DNA from: Dehalococcoidia bacterium
GTDB lineage: Bacteria; Chloroflexota; Dehalococcoidia; UBA6926
DNA: 64,000 nt
Direction of reading: 5' to 3'
Assembly (NCBI GenBank): GCA_963666115.2
Contig: CAXXET010000004.1
Location: 96,001 to 160,000, forward strand
Notes under the pieces: generated by a model
What the model saw: the letters and a program-made list of their open reading frames with translations, nothing else
What the model was told of the DNA's origin: nothing
Database searches by the model: none
In this document: positions 27,148 to 35,611 of the stretch, in pieces
Layout of the letters: each line of letters begins with the position of its first letter
Position numbering within the stretch: position 1 is the stretch's first letter
Translations under genes and position numbers: made by a program

Positions 27148-27408
27148 ATGGCGCATAAGAAGGGCGGCGGAACCACTCGGAACGGTCGCGACAGCCAGGG
27201 GCAGCGGCTCGGCGTGAAGCGCTACGACGGCGAGGCCGTCCGCGCGGGAACAATCATCCTGCGGCAGCGCGGAACCAGGATATTTGAGGGGACGAACGTC
27301 GGGCGTGGTCGTGATTTCACCCTCTATTCCCTGATCGACGGCACGGTCAAGTTTGAGCATCAGACCCGCGCCAAGAAGCGCGTCAGCGTCTATCCGGTCG
27401 AAGCGTAG
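27148..27408 (+). CDS. rpmA: 50S ribosomal protein L27
   Basis: [21 protein letters not shown]. Confidence 0.98.
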   Translation: MAHKKGGGTTRNGRDSQGQRLGVKRYDGEAVRAGTIILRQRGTRIFEGTNVGRGRDFTLYSLIDGTVKFEHQTRAKKRVSVYPVEA

Positions 27409-27438
27409 CAGCGCCGTTCAAGTGCGGAGAACATCACC

Positions 27439-27666
27439 ATGAAGCCGGGAATCCACCCTGAGTACCACCGGACAAGCGTAACCTGCGCGTGCGGAACCTC
27501 GTGGACCACGGGCGGCACAACGCCTGAGATTCGCATAGACGTGTGCAACACGTGCCATCCGTTCTTCACCGGCCAGCAGCGCATCGTCGATACCCTGGGC
27601 CGCGTGGAGCGCCTGCGCCGCCGCTACGCCCAGGCCACCCAGCAGCAGGGGCGTCCCAACGACTAG
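27439..27666 (+). CDS. rpmE: 50S ribosomal protein L31 (Zn-binding form)
   Basis: MKPGIHPEY..CACG..CNTCHPFFTG. Confidence 0.98.
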   Translation: MKPGIHPEYHRTSVTCACGTSWTTGGTTPEIRIDVCNTCHPFFTGQQRIVDTLGRVERLRRRYAQATQQQGRPND

Positions 27667-28558
27667 CACCTACGGCGGCCAGGCCCTCATCGAGGGCGTG
27701 ATGATCCGCGGCCAAACCTGCGTCAGCATGGCCGTGCGCCGCCCGAACGGCGAGATCCTTGTCGAAACGCAGCCCATCGGCTGGCGCTGGGCGCGAACGA
27801 TCCGCCGCATTCCGTTCGTCCGGGGCGTGATCGTCCTGAGCGAAATGCTCGTCGTCGGCACGCGCGCCCTCATCTTCTCCGCCAACGTCGCCTCCGAGGA
27901 AGAGAGTGATGCCACTGCGGAAAAAGGCCCGGGCGGCCTATCATCGTGGGCCGTCGCCGGTTCGATCGGCGTCAGCCTGCTCCTCGCCATCGCAATCTTC
28001 TTCGCAACGCCCGTCTTTGCAACGCGCCTCGTTGATTCGCTGATCGAAACGTCCAACCTCTGGAGCAACATCATCGAGGGCATAATTCGCCTCCTCATGT
28101 TCGTCGCATATATCGTGCTGATCGGCCTCATGCCGGACATCCGCCGCGTCTTCGCCTACCACGGCGCAGAGCACATGACCATCCACGCGCGGGAGCACGG
28201 CCAGCCGCTCGACACCCAGTCAATTCGCCAATACGGCACCGCGCATCCGCGCTGCGGCACGGCGTTCATTCTGGTCGTCCTCGTCGTGGCAATCATCGTC
28301 CACGTCTTTTGGACGCCCCCCGGGCTGATCGACAGAGTCATCTCGCGGGTCGTCGTGCTGCCCCTCATTGCGGGCCTGAGCTACGAAATCATCCGGTTCA
28401 GCGGGTTCCACGCCAACAACATCCTCGTCAAGGCAATCATCTGGCCAAACCTCCTCCTGCAGGCGCTAACAACCCGCCAGCCGGACGACGACCAGATCGA
28501 AGTGGCCGTCAGGGCATTGGAGGGCGCGTTGGCAGAGGATCAGCGCGTCGCGGCGTAG
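27659..28558 (+). CDS. DUF1385 (YqhQ-like) membrane protein
   Basis: YGGQALIEGVMIRG, YHGAEH, HPRCGTAF, TTRQPDD; the conserved N-terminus lies upstream of the first GTG, so the start is probably ACG at 27659. Confidence 0.9.
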   Translation, partial: TTSTYGGQALIEGVMIRGQTCVSMAVRRPNGEILVETQPIGWRWARTIRRIPFVRGVIVLSEMLVVGTRALIFSANVASEEESDATAEKGPGGLSSWAVAGSIGVSLLLAIAIFFATPVFATRLVDSLIETSNLWSNIIEGIIRLLMFVAYIVLIGLMPDIRRVFAYHGAEHMTIHAREHGQPLDTQSIRQYGTAHPRCGTAFILVVLVVAIIVHVFWTPPGLIDRVISRVVVLPLIAGLSYEIIRFSGFHANNILVKAIIWPNLLLQALTTRQPDDDQIEVAVRALEGALAEDQRVAA

Positions 28559-28593
28559 GCGTGTATTGTTGGGGTGAGGCGTAGGAGTGAGTG

Positions 28594-30282
28594 ATGCCCT
28601 GGTCACGGATAGTCGGCGGTGCGGCGGCGGGAGCGATGGTGACGGCGCCATTGATGGCGCTGTTCTACCTGGCGAACAAGCTCTTTGAACTGCCCTTCCC
28701 GCCCTATGACCTCTTCGACTGGATAACGCGCGTCCTGCCCGGGCCGCTTGTCACGTTCGGCCTGGACCTCTTCATTGACGGCATGATCCTCGTCGGGCTG
28801 GACGTGGCGGACACGGCCAAGACGGCGGAGTTGGCCATCGCCCTGCTCCAGTTCTTTGCCATGGACGTGGCCCTGATCACTCTGGTCGCGGTCGTCGCCC
28901 CCGCCCTCACCCTTAACCTGCGCCGGACCGCCTTCTACGCCGGCGTCGCCAACGGCCTCGCATTGTCAGCCGTGTCCCTTGCCATCGGCGGCTCCACCCT
29001 GCCCGCGCTCGCCAGCGTCGTCTGGATAACGGGCGCCTACGCCCTGTGGGGCTATGCCGCCGGCCACGTTCTGGAGGGGATCCTGCCGCAGCCCGTCCCT
29101 GAAGAGGAACCGCCCGTCGTTGAAACCCGGCAATACCAGGAGGAGTCCGCGCAGCCGACCTGGGGCAAGGACGGCGGCATGAATCGCCGCGAGTTTATCG
29201 TCCGCGTGGGCGGCGCCGCAGCCGTCATCACGGTCGCGGGATCGGTGACGGGCAATCTGATTGGCAATGCGGGCAGTGGCGGTTCAAAGATCACGATGCC
29301 CGAAGGAATGGATGAGGAGTTGATGGCAGGAGGCGTCACGTCGTTCCCAAACGACGGCGATCCCGTCCTGCCCGCCCCCGGCACGCGCGCCGAGTACACC
29401 CCCGTCGAAGACCACTACCGCATCTTCATCCGCACCACACATACGGTAATCGACGGCGCATCATGGACGCTGCCAATCTCCGGCCTCGTCGCAAATCCCG
29501 TTGACCTGTCCATCGAGGACATCCGCGACAACTACGAGCCCCGCAGCCAATTCATCACGCTCTCCTGCATCTCCAACCGCGTCGGCGGCCCGCTCATCAG
29601 CACAACGCAATGGACGGGCGCGAGCTTCAAGGACATCCTGGCGGACGTCCAGCCGCTGCCCGGCGCGCGCTACGTCAACATCGAATGCGGCGACGGCTTC
29701 CATGAGATCGTCGATTTGGAGATGATCAACGCGGATGAGCGCATCATGCTCGCGTATTCATGGGATGAAAGGCCGATACCAGTCGAGCACGGTTTCCCGC
29801 TCCGCATCTGGCTCCCGGACCGCTACGGGATGAAACAGCCGAAGTGGATTACCAACATGACCGTCCAGGAGGAATACACGCCCGGCTACTGGGTCGCGCG
29901 CCAGTGGGACGAGGTCGCCCGCGTGCGCGCCACCTCCGTCGTTGACACAATATCCGACGAAGCAGTTTTCGAGCGTGACGGCCAGACGCTCGTTCCGGTT
30001 GGCGGCATCGCCTACGCCGGCGCGCGCGGCATCTCGCGCGTTGAGGTCAGCGTGGACAACGGCGCATGGCAGCCTGCCCAGCTGCGGGCGCCGCTTTCAG
30101 ACACGACCTGGGTGATCTGGCGCTACGACTGGCCGTTTGAGGCGGGCAACCACAGGATGCGCGTCCGCTGCTACGAGGCCGACGGCACTCCCCAGATCGA
30201 GGCCCAGATGGGCAATCGTCCGAGCGGCGCGACGGGCATTCACCAACAGTCCAAAGTCGTGCGGGAGCAGAACGCTGGATGA
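28594..30282 (+). CDS. Membrane-bound sulfite oxidase-family molybdopterin oxidoreductase
   Basis: TLSCISN, HGFPLR..YGMKQPKW, GIAYAG; N-terminal TM helices and internal NRREFI. Confidence 0.88.
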   Translation: MPWSRIVGGAAAGAMVTAPLMALFYLANKLFELPFPPYDLFDWITRVLPGPLVTFGLDLFIDGMILVGLDVADTAKTAELAIALLQFFAMDVALITLVAVVAPALTLNLRRTAFYAGVANGLALSAVSLAIGGSTLPALASVVWITGAYALWGYAAGHVLEGILPQPVPEEEPPVVETRQYQEESAQPTWGKDGGMNRREFIVRVGGAAAVITVAGSVTGNLIGNAGSGGSKITMPEGMDEELMAGGVTSFPNDGDPVLPAPGTRAEYTPVEDHYRIFIRTTHTVIDGASWTLPISGLVANPVDLSIEDIRDNYEPRSQFITLSCISNRVGGPLISTTQWTGASFKDILADVQPLPGARYVNIECGDGFHEIVDLEMINADERIMLAYSWDERPIPVEHGFPLRIWLPDRYGMKQPKWITNMTVQEEYTPGYWVARQWDEVARVRATSVVDTISDEAVFERDGQTLVPVGGIAYAGARGISRVEVSVDNGAWQPAQLRAPLSDTTWVIWRYDWPFEAGNHRMRVRCYEADGTPQIEAQMGNRPSGATGIHQQSKVVREQNAG

Positions 30283-30464
30283 GCGCCACCGAAGATCAGA
30301 TAACTCACGTGGTCCAGGCCATGAGCAGCGCAACCATCTCCTGTCCGGACTGCAAAACGCGCATCCGCTACGGCGACTACGAATGTCCCCGCTGCGGCAA
30401 TGACATCGAGGAACAACTCCGGGCGTGGGCGGCATGGATGCTTGAGCCGCTGGACGATCTCTAA
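30279..30464 (+). CDS. Small zinc-ribbon protein
   Basis: CPDC..CPRC; ATGA overlap. Confidence 0.7.
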   Translation: MSATEDQITHVVQAMSSATISCPDCKTRIRYGDYECPRCGNDIEEQLRAWAAWMLEPLDDL

Positions 30465-30490
30465 CTGGCCGAACGACGCCGCAGCGTCCA

Positions 30491-30506
30491 ATACGCATAT
30501 GCGTAT
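30491..30506. promoter_or_regulatory. Perfect 16-bp palindrome, candidate operator
   Basis: atacgcatatgcgtat, intergenic, AT-rich. Confidence 0.45.
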
Positions 30507-30602
30507 GTATAGATTTGCTTTCCCGTTTCGCAATTGTGGGATACAGTAAACGGCAAGTATTGTCGATTCGCTAAGGGGTTTCTCCCGGGGAGGACGGTTC
30601 AG

Positions 30603-31331
30603 GTGAGCAACAACGTTCCACTTTCTATCGCGGCGGCTGCGGCATTGGTTCTCGCCATCATCGCGGGCGGCGCGGGGTATCTCTCGCAGCAGGGAACCAT
30701 CAGCGGCCTTGAGGACGACAAGGCAGCGCTTGAAAGCGACAAGTCGGCGCTTGAGGGTCAGGTGGGCGATCTTGCCGCCATCACCGCGTTCGGCGGCGGT
30801 GTCAATCAGAAGTCGATGCCCACCATGACCGGCGGCGTAGCCCACGTGATGGACGAGTCCTTCGCGTTCAGCACGGAGTTCGCCATGTGCCGCGTCGATA
30901 CCAACTTCGCCGACTTCCTGATGCCCACAAACCAGTTGGGTGAGATTCCCATCGATGCCAACACCTTCTTCATGGCCATGTCGTCCACAACCGTCGACTC
31001 CTACGAGATTTCCACCAATGCGGACGGCTCGACGCAGGTTGTCCTCACGGGAACGCTGGACTGCTTCACGGAAGTCGACCTCACCGAAAACGCCCTGGTG
31101 CCCGACGAGTTCAAGGCCGTCCACGGCAGCCGCGTGAACCCGGAGCCCGCCGACTACCGCGTGACCGCCGTTGATCGCGGCGAAGGCGGCGGCGCGGCAG
31201 GCGACACGTTCGAGTTCACGACGTACTTCGACCCGAACGACGCGCCGTTCAATCACGCAGTCTTCGGGCCGGAGTTCACCTTCACCGGCAACATGTCGGT
31301 CGGTGAAATCACCGTCCTGGACGTAGACTAA
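30603..31331 (+). CDS. Hypothetical membrane-anchored/secreted protein
   Basis: N-terminal TM helix, short coiled coil (LEDDKAALESDKSALE), typical codon usage, RBS ggagga. Confidence 0.75.
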   Translation: MSNNVPLSIAAAAALVLAIIAGGAGYLSQQGTISGLEDDKAALESDKSALEGQVGDLAAITAFGGGVNQKSMPTMTGGVAHVMDESFAFSTEFAMCRVDTNFADFLMPTNQLGEIPIDANTFFMAMSSTTVDSYEISTNADGSTQVVLTGTLDCFTEVDLTENALVPDEFKAVHGSRVNPEPADYRVTAVDRGEGGGAAGDTFEFTTYFDPNDAPFNHAVFGPEFTFTGNMSVGEITVLDVD

Positions 31332-31346
31332 ACCGCTCCCAGAAGT

Positions 31347-31380
31347 CCCCTCTCCCTGGGGGAGAGGGTTAGGGTGAGGG
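31347..31380 (+). repeat. Family C repeat; supplies the miaB stop codon
   Basis: cccctctccctgggggagagggttagggtgaggg. Confidence 0.85.
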
Positions 31381-32658
31381 GGCCGTCACGCCCCCCAGCG
31401 ACCACGGCCCCGCGCGCGTAACCTCAACGTCCACCACGCGCCCCTCGAGCTCGGCGTTCTCCGCGCCCTGCACGTGAACGATCTTGTTCGTCCGCGTCCT
31501 GCCCGTCCACGACTCCTTGACGCGCCGCTCGATCAACACTTCCTGCCACGTTCCGGCAAGGGGCGCGTTCAGAGAAGTGGCGATGCCCTCCTGCAGCTCC
31601 TCAACGGCCTTGCGCCGCTGGATCTTCACCGCCGGCGGAACATCATCCACCAGCTTGCGGTCGGCGATCGTGCCCGGCCGTGTCGAGTACGGCGCGACGT
31701 GTACGACGTCGAACTTCACCTGCTCCAGCACGTCCATCGTCTGCCGGAACTCCTCGTCCGTCTCGCCGCAGAACCCGACAATGACATCGGTGCTGATCGC
31801 CACCCCCGGGATGGTCTCCCGCGCCCGCTCGATAAGCCTCAAATAGTCCGCGATGATGTACGGCCGCCGCATCCGCTCCAGCACCTCGTCTGACCCCGCC
31901 TGGAACGGCAGATTGAGATGCTCGCACGCCTTCGGGAGGTCCGCCACGGCATCGAGTATCCGTTGCGTCATGTCGCGCGGGTGGGACGTCAGGAATCGGA
32001 TGCGCTCCAAACCGTCCGTCGGATTGATGGCGTGGAGCAAATCGGCAAGGTCCGGCTTGTCCGGCAAATCATGGCCGTAGCGGTCGACGATTTGCCCCAA
32101 CAGCGTGATTTCCTTCACGCCCCGCGCCGCCAGCATCTCCGCCTCTCGCACAAGCTCCTCCACCGGCCGGCTCGTCTCCCGTCCCCGCCGGTACGGCACA
32201 ATGCAGTACGTGCAAAACTCATCGCACCCCTGGATGACGGGCACGAACGTGCTCACCGCCGGCTGCGAAGGAACCAGGAACGCCTGGTCCGTGTCGCAGG
32301 ACAGCCCTTGCCTATCCGCCGCAAACTCAACGAGCGCCGTAAAATCCTGCGGGCGCAGGAAGAAATCAACGTGCGGAAACCGCTCGCGCAGCGCGTCCGT
32401 CCGCGGCCCAACCATGCACCCCATCAACGCAATCGTCGCGTCCGGGTTCTTCTTCTTGTGCGACTTCAAAGAATCCAGCCTGCCAACGACCTTGTCCTCC
32501 GCCCCCTGGCGCACAACGCAGCTATTCAGGACAACGATGTCGGCATCTTCCGCCTTGTCAACCGCGTTGTAGCCCAACTGGTCAAGGGAAAGGCCGAGTC
32601 GTTCGGAGTCGGCCGCGTTCATCTGGCAGCCAACCGTCCAGACGTGATAGCTGGTCAT
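31369..32658 (-). CDS. miaB: tRNA methylthiotransferase MiaB
   Basis: GCQMNAADSE, CDEFCTYC radical SAM motif, C-terminal TRAM. Confidence 0.95.
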   Translation of the reverse strand: MTSYHVWTVGCQMNAADSERLGLSLDQLGYNAVDKAEDADIVVLNSCVVRQGAEDKVVGRLDSLKSHKKKNPDATIALMGCMVGPRTDALRERFPHVDFFLRPQDFTALVEFAADRQGLSCDTDQAFLVPSQPAVSTFVPVIQGCDEFCTYCIVPYRRGRETSRPVEELVREAEMLAARGVKEITLLGQIVDRYGHDLPDKPDLADLLHAINPTDGLERIRFLTSHPRDMTQRILDAVADLPKACEHLNLPFQAGSDEVLERMRRPYIIADYLRLIERARETIPGVAISTDVIVGFCGETDEEFRQTMDVLEQVKFDVVHVAPYSTRPGTIADRKLVDDVPPAVKIQRRKAVEELQEGIATSLNAPLAGTWQEVLIERRVKESWTGRTRTNKIVHVQGAENAELEGRVVDVEVTRAGPWSLGGVTAPSP

Positions 32659-32691
32659 TCCACGCTCCTCCGCATCCCCGTTAATGCGTAA

Positions 32692-32785
32692 TGGCGGAGG
32701 GAATGGGATTCGAACCCATGTGTCCCGATTAAAGGACAAACCGCTTAGCAGGCGGCCGCACTAGACCTGGCTATGCGATCCCTCC
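32692..32785 (-). tRNA. tRNA-Ser(GCT)
   Basis: GGAGGGA/TCCCTCC acceptor stem, CT-GCT-AA loop, long variable arm, GGTTCGAATCC T loop, G-CCA end. Confidence 0.96.
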
Positions 32786-32896
32786 GCGAAATGCCGTGCG
32801 CTGAGACCGTCGGCCTCGTTTACACTGCGTTCACCATGATACAACGGTTAACGCAAACACCAAAGAATCAGCCGCAGGAACTCGCGTGAGACCACA

Positions 32897-33433
32897 ATGA
32901 CCGGCAACGACGAGAACGAACTGAGCCGCCGCGCCTTCCTCACAATGGCATGGCGGCGTGACAGCGAGGCTGCTCTGGCGGAACAGTCTCCGTCCGCGCA
33001 GCAAGCCGCGAATCTCGTCTTGCTCGGCGCCATTCCTGCCCTGCGCGATCTGGCCGTCGGCGAGGTTCTCGCGTCCCCCCGCCGCGCAGACATCCACGCC
33101 GTCCGAACGCCTACCGGCATCCTGGCGCTGCGCGCTCGCTGCCCAAACGACGGCGCCCTCGTTCCATGGCGCGGCGATGACCGCTCCGAAGACGAAATAG
33201 CCCCGATCGGACGATTCTACTGTTCGAGAGACGCCTCGATATTCAACCGGCTTGGTGAACTAGTGGCCGGCCCGGCGGACGCCCCCCTCCCCGCCCTAAT
33301 CATCATCGAGCGCAACGGCAGCCTCTACGCAGACGAAGCAAAACCGGAACCCTCGCAAACCGAACCCCGCCTCCACCGCGAGTTCCCTCTCCCTCATCCT
33401 CCGTCATTCCCGCGAAAGCGGGAATCAGGGTGA
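32897..33433 (+). CDS. Rieske-like protein lacking His ligands
   Basis: SRRAFL Tat-like motif; CPNDGA and CSRDAS in the CxH/CxxH boxes; GPA..PLP. Confidence 0.65.
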   Translation: MTGNDENELSRRAFLTMAWRRDSEAALAEQSPSAQQAANLVLLGAIPALRDLAVGEVLASPRRADIHAVRTPTGILALRARCPNDGALVPWRGDDRSEDEIAPIGRFYCSRDASIFNRLGELVAGPADAPLPALIIIERNGSLYADEAKPEPSQTEPRLHREFPLPHPPSFPRKRESG

Positions 33434-33436
33434 GGG
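33401..33436 (+). repeat. Family A repeat abutting a family C fragment
   Basis: ccgtcattcccgcgaaagcgggaatc + agggtgaggg, between convergent genes. Confidence 0.85.
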
Positions 33437-34270
33437 CTCCAACAGCACATACCCCCGCCGCCTTAACCGTGAAAACGCCCGCCGCGGGTCCAACGCCAAC
33501 AGCGCCGCGTACTTCCTCAACTCCTCCATCCGTTGCGGATCCCCCGTCCGCCGCCACGCGTTGTAGCTGTCCAGCATGAGATTCGTCACGCGCTGAACGT
33601 CCACGCCGTGGATGAACGTCTGCGCCACCTCGGACAGGACCTCCGCGTAGATGTCGAAGTTGTTGGACAGCCGGCTCAGGACGCGGTCCAGGCCCGTCCA
33701 GCGCGCCAGTTCATGTTCCGACGCAAGCGCGTAATGGCTCCGCCCCAACCGCGTGTAGTAGCTGATGTCCAGGCGCGGAATCGCCTGCATTGCGGGGTTG
33801 CGGCGCCGTCGCCACCTGCTGCGGCGTCCCGTCAGGCTCGCGGGAAAGATGCCGATGAGGAAGAGCGTGCTGTCCGCGATGTTGCGGTTCGCCTCGAAGA
33901 GGTTCTGCGCCTCCCGCGCCGCGCCGTGCTCCGCCTCCTCCATCAGGCTTTCCAGCAGGTTGCCAAAGTGCGCGGCGAGATCGGGAATCGGAAATATCTC
34001 CCGCATCCGAACGTGCCGCGCAAGCAATCCCCCAAGATAGTCAAGCGTAGCGATGCTGGTGCTGTGGCGGTTCGATGTAGAGCGCCTTGAGCAGGAAACA
34101 GGTCGAACAGGCTCTGCAGCTCAATCCGTTTGAGCTGCGTGATGTCCGTGTAGAAAGCCGTCAAGAAGCGTCTCGACCTCACGCGCGAAAGCGCGGTCGA
34201 CGATATTCCGCCCCTCATGCGCCGACGCCGTTTCCTTGAGAGCCTGTACGGCAGTCTCTACGTCCGCCAT
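33425..34270 (-). pseudogene. Hypothetical protein with three apparent +1 frameshifts (possible sequencing errors)
   Basis: RBS ggagagg plus ATG at 34270; removing one base in the runs at about 34155, 34097 and 34071 gives a continuous GC3-rich frame into NRNIADSTLFLIGIFP..YYTRLGRSHY. Confidence 0.6.
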
Positions 34271-34316
34271 GTCCTCTCCCCGCGCTATTCCGCCTCAATT
34301 GTACTCTCTCCGGCAA

Positions 34317-35472
34317 TTACGACACTGTCTGCCACCTCACCAGGGGCGATCCCTCATCACGTATGCGCCGCGGCCGTTCCCCTGCGGCTCAGGTGCTCGA
34401 GATGCGAAAGCGTCTCCCCGACAGCCGCCCGCCGCAGAAACTCGTCCATCTCCTCCCATGACCCAACGTCCCACGGCACGCCTGCCGCAACCTCATACGC
34501 CGTGCGCGGCCCGCCGTCCGCCGCCGCAAGCACGGCATCCAGTCGCGCCGCGTGATGCTCGTGCAGTTCCGCGACGCGCCCCTTGAGATCGGTGAAGTGG
34601 TGCTCGTGCGCCGGCAGGACGAGATCAACGTCCAGTTCGCCCATCTTTGCCACCGAGTCAAGATAATCCCCCAGCGGATCCCCGTCGGACGTCATCCGCA
34701 CGGAGACGTTGGACGTGATGATCGGCAGGATGTGGTCGCCCGTAAACACGATTCGAGCTTCCTCATCCACCCAGCACAGGTGCCCCGGGGTGTGGCCGGG
34801 CGTCCAGAATGCGCGCAAATTGTGATTGCCCGTCTTGTAGACTTCCGAGCCATCGAGAAGAATGTCAGGCGGCTCGAACTCGCGGAACAGCGCCCACTGC
34901 CGCGCCTCCCGCTCTTCCCCCGCGCCTCTTTCCGCCGAATCGCCGTGCGAGGGAATCCCTTCCGGATGCTTTTGCCTCCGCTCTTCCTCCTCCGCTGCAC
35001 GCCGCGCCCGTCCGCTGCGCCCGCCGAAAAGCTCCCCTTGCAGCTCCTCCTCCGGCACGCCGTGTCGCCGGTACCAGTCCTTCATGCGGTCGGAGCCGCC
35101 TGCCCGCGCCGCCTTGGGATCGCGCTTGATGGCCTCCATCGCCTCGCGGAACGGGCTTTGCTCCCAGTCGATGCGGTGCATGGCCGTGCGCGCGCCGGTG
35201 AGCTTCTTGGCATCGATGGCAAGCCCGTAGTGATCCGGGTGGTTGTGCGTGATGAGGATGAAGTCGATCTGCCCCGGCTTGATGCCCAGCTGTCCCGCCA
35301 ACTGATCCTCCAGCGCCTCGATCCCTTCCTCTGTGCGAAGCCCGGTATCGATCAGGATGGGCTTGTCCGGGCCGGTAACCAGGTACGGCAGCGTGTAGCC
35401 GAGCGGGTTGTCGGGCATTGGAATACGCATCTGGAAGATGCCGGGGGCGACTTCGGTGACAGACTCAGCCAT
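34317..35472 (-). CDS. MBL-fold metallo-hydrolase (probable +1 frameshift near the 3' end)
   Basis: THNHPDH, TPGHTPGH, GDH, PAH; the ORF stops at 34357 but the shifted frame continues RDEGSPLVRWQTVS-stop. Confidence 0.88.
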
Positions 35473-35527
35473 TTCGCGCGTGCCTCTCATGCCATGTTGC
35501 CGCCGATTATATCAGCCGCGCGTCCGG

Positions 35528-35572
35528 ATGCCCCATTCACATGCCCCATTCAGCCCAATCGTTTGCTATACT
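35528..35572 (+). promoter_or_regulatory. Tandem 12-bp direct repeat plus extended -10 upstream of korA
   Basis: atgccccattca at 35528 and 35541; TGCTATACT at 35564. Confidence 0.5.
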
Positions 35573-35611
35573 CACAAGTACGCGGGAGTTGGTATCGCAA
35601 GGGGGATTGTA

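Noticed and set aside
32692-32740. tRNA-Ser as an integration site
   Set aside because: No duplicated tRNA 3' end was seen, and miaB follows directly
34121-34123. In-frame TGA as selenocysteine or readthrough
   Set aside because: The flanking unshifted frame has poor codon usage; three +1 indels explain it better
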